A stretch of DNA of 64,000 nucleotides from an uncultured Candidatus Peribacteria bacterium (GTDB taxonomy: Bacteria; Patescibacteriota; Gracilibacteria; UBA4473): contig CAZDZO010000001.1 of the NCBI GenBank assembly GCA_964509975.1, positions 4,006 to 68,005 on the forward strand. Direction: 5' to 3'. The translations under genes were made by a program, and so were the position numbers. The notes under the pieces are model-generated. The model was not told the origin of the DNA. It saw only the letters and a list, made by a program, of their open reading frames with translations, and searched no databases. Positions 63,411 to 64,000 of this stretch are shown in pieces (within the stretch, counting starts at the first letter, position 1; the number at the start of each line of letters is the position of its first letter).

Positions 63411-63451
63411 GGTTCGATTTATAGCGAAGCGTCATCCGGCTCCGGGAGCCA
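63411..63451 (+). pseudogene. duplicated 3' fragment of tRNA-Asn (T arm plus acceptor plus CCA), interrupted by about 16 nt
   Basis: GGTTCGA[tttatagcgaagcgtc]ATCCGGCTCCGGGAGCCA compared with the tRNA 3' end GGTTCGAATCCGGCCCCGGGAGCCA. It is followed by a second terminator-like hairpin and the same ATTTGCAC word. Confidence 0.6.
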
Positions 63452-63514
63452 TAAAAAAATCATCGACCCTTGTGGTTGATTATTTTTTTATTTGCACAAT
63501 AGGCACTCTTCTCT

Positions 63515-63691
63515 TCACCCTTCCCAATCCTCAATAATTAACTTTTTTCCTCTTTTTTTAACCACCACTTTTTGGTGTTCTCTCCACTTAAGTTCGCGAA
63601 TATAATCCAAAGGAATAGTAACATAGTAACTGCTTGCTCCAACTCGAGTAAGCTTTCGAACCGGTTCTGATGCTGTTCTTGGTCGTGCCAT
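63515..63691 (-). CDS. SpoVT/AbrB-family DNA-binding protein (antitoxin-like), 58 aa
   Basis: My own translation, below the ORF-track size cut-off: MARPRTASEPVRKLTRVGASSYYVTIPLDYIRELKWREHQKVVVKKRGKKLIIEDWEG. 'YYVTIPLDYIREL' is the AbrB looped-hinge-helix motif. Confidence 0.6.
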   Translation of the reverse strand: MARPRTASEPVRKLTRVGASSYYVTIPLDYIRELKWREHQKVVVKKRGKKLIIEDWEG

Positions 63692-63702
63692 GGGATTTTG
63701 CT

Positions 63703-63738
63703 AAGTACGTACACGAATACGTATTCGAATACGTACTT
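63703..63738. promoter_or_regulatory. three tandem 12-nt TACGTA-core units (near-palindromic 36-mer) upstream of the AbrB-like gene
   Basis: AAGTACGTACAC-GAATACGTATTC-GAATACGTACTT, 12 nt upstream of the start codon. The middle unit is a perfect palindrome. Confidence 0.5.
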
Positions 63739-63911
63739 AAGGATAACAGAAAAAACTACGAATTAAGAGTTTTTTTATTGCACCCCTTTCCCCTTGCTTA
63801 TTTTCCGTACTTCTTTACCCTCCTCTTGCAGTACGTCGTGTTTTAGAGGGTTTTGAAAATAAATTCCTACAATGCAGAACTTGCAAATTTATTTCATAAC
63901 CTCTTCTAATC

Positions 63912-64000
63912 ATGAAAGGTTCAATCAAAAAGCTTTTAAACGGCTTTGGATTCATCACTCCAGAAGGAAGTGATAAAGATGTTTTCTTTCACGCTAGCGA
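63912..64000 (+). CDS. cold-shock protein (CspA family), 5' part; runs off the window
   Basis: 'MKGSIKKLLNGFGFITPEGSDKDVFFHAS', which contains the RNP1 'GFGFI' and RNP2-like 'VFFH' motifs. Confidence 0.85.
   Translation, partial: MKGSIKKLLNGFGFITPEGSDKDVFFHAS

Noticed and set aside
1-64000. Alternative genetic code, such as UGA recoding as in some candidate phyla.
   Set aside because: All long conserved genes (ileS, valS, lepA, glyA, purH and the helicase) are uninterrupted under the standard code, and several end at TGA where expected.

Overview
This window is a gene-dense, moderately AT-rich bacterial chromosome segment read with the standard genetic code. The gene content suggests an uncultivated small-genome, CPR/Patescibacteria-like lineage, but that is inference only. 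Housekeeping genes include recF, ileS, valS, gltX, lepA, glyA, rny, trmB, rfbB, purH, purQ/purS, purL, rmuC, ftsE, fur and an M16 peptidase. There is a type IV pilus set (a PilB-like ATPase and three prepilin-like genes) and four SLH-anchored surface proteins, of about 1440, 813, 2455 and 553 aa. Two tRNAs are present (Thr-GGU and Asn-GUU). I saw no rRNA and no CRISPR array. The most unusual content is repeat biology. A RAYT-type HUH transposase at 1480-2013 is bracketed by REP doublets made of 12-nt perfect palindromes. A second family, built from GGATCCGGATCC units, has no stop codon in any of the six frames and sits in frame inside recF, inside the RAYT gene itself and inside a purQ-purS fusion. 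A third family consists of miniature elements with TTTGTCATYC termini. Other notable points are an IleRS with a GNAT acetyltransferase domain and a histidine-phosphatase domain inserted into its catalytic body, and a re-partitioned FGAM synthase (a PurQ-PurS-PurS fusion plus a half-length PurL). Both tRNAs are preceded by a conserved leader with covarying stem positions. Three near-identical modules look like leaderless promoter-plus-start cassettes, one of them orphaned and antisense. One SLH protein carries bacterial Kazal domains. All functional calls come from motifs read in the supplied translations; no database search was run.
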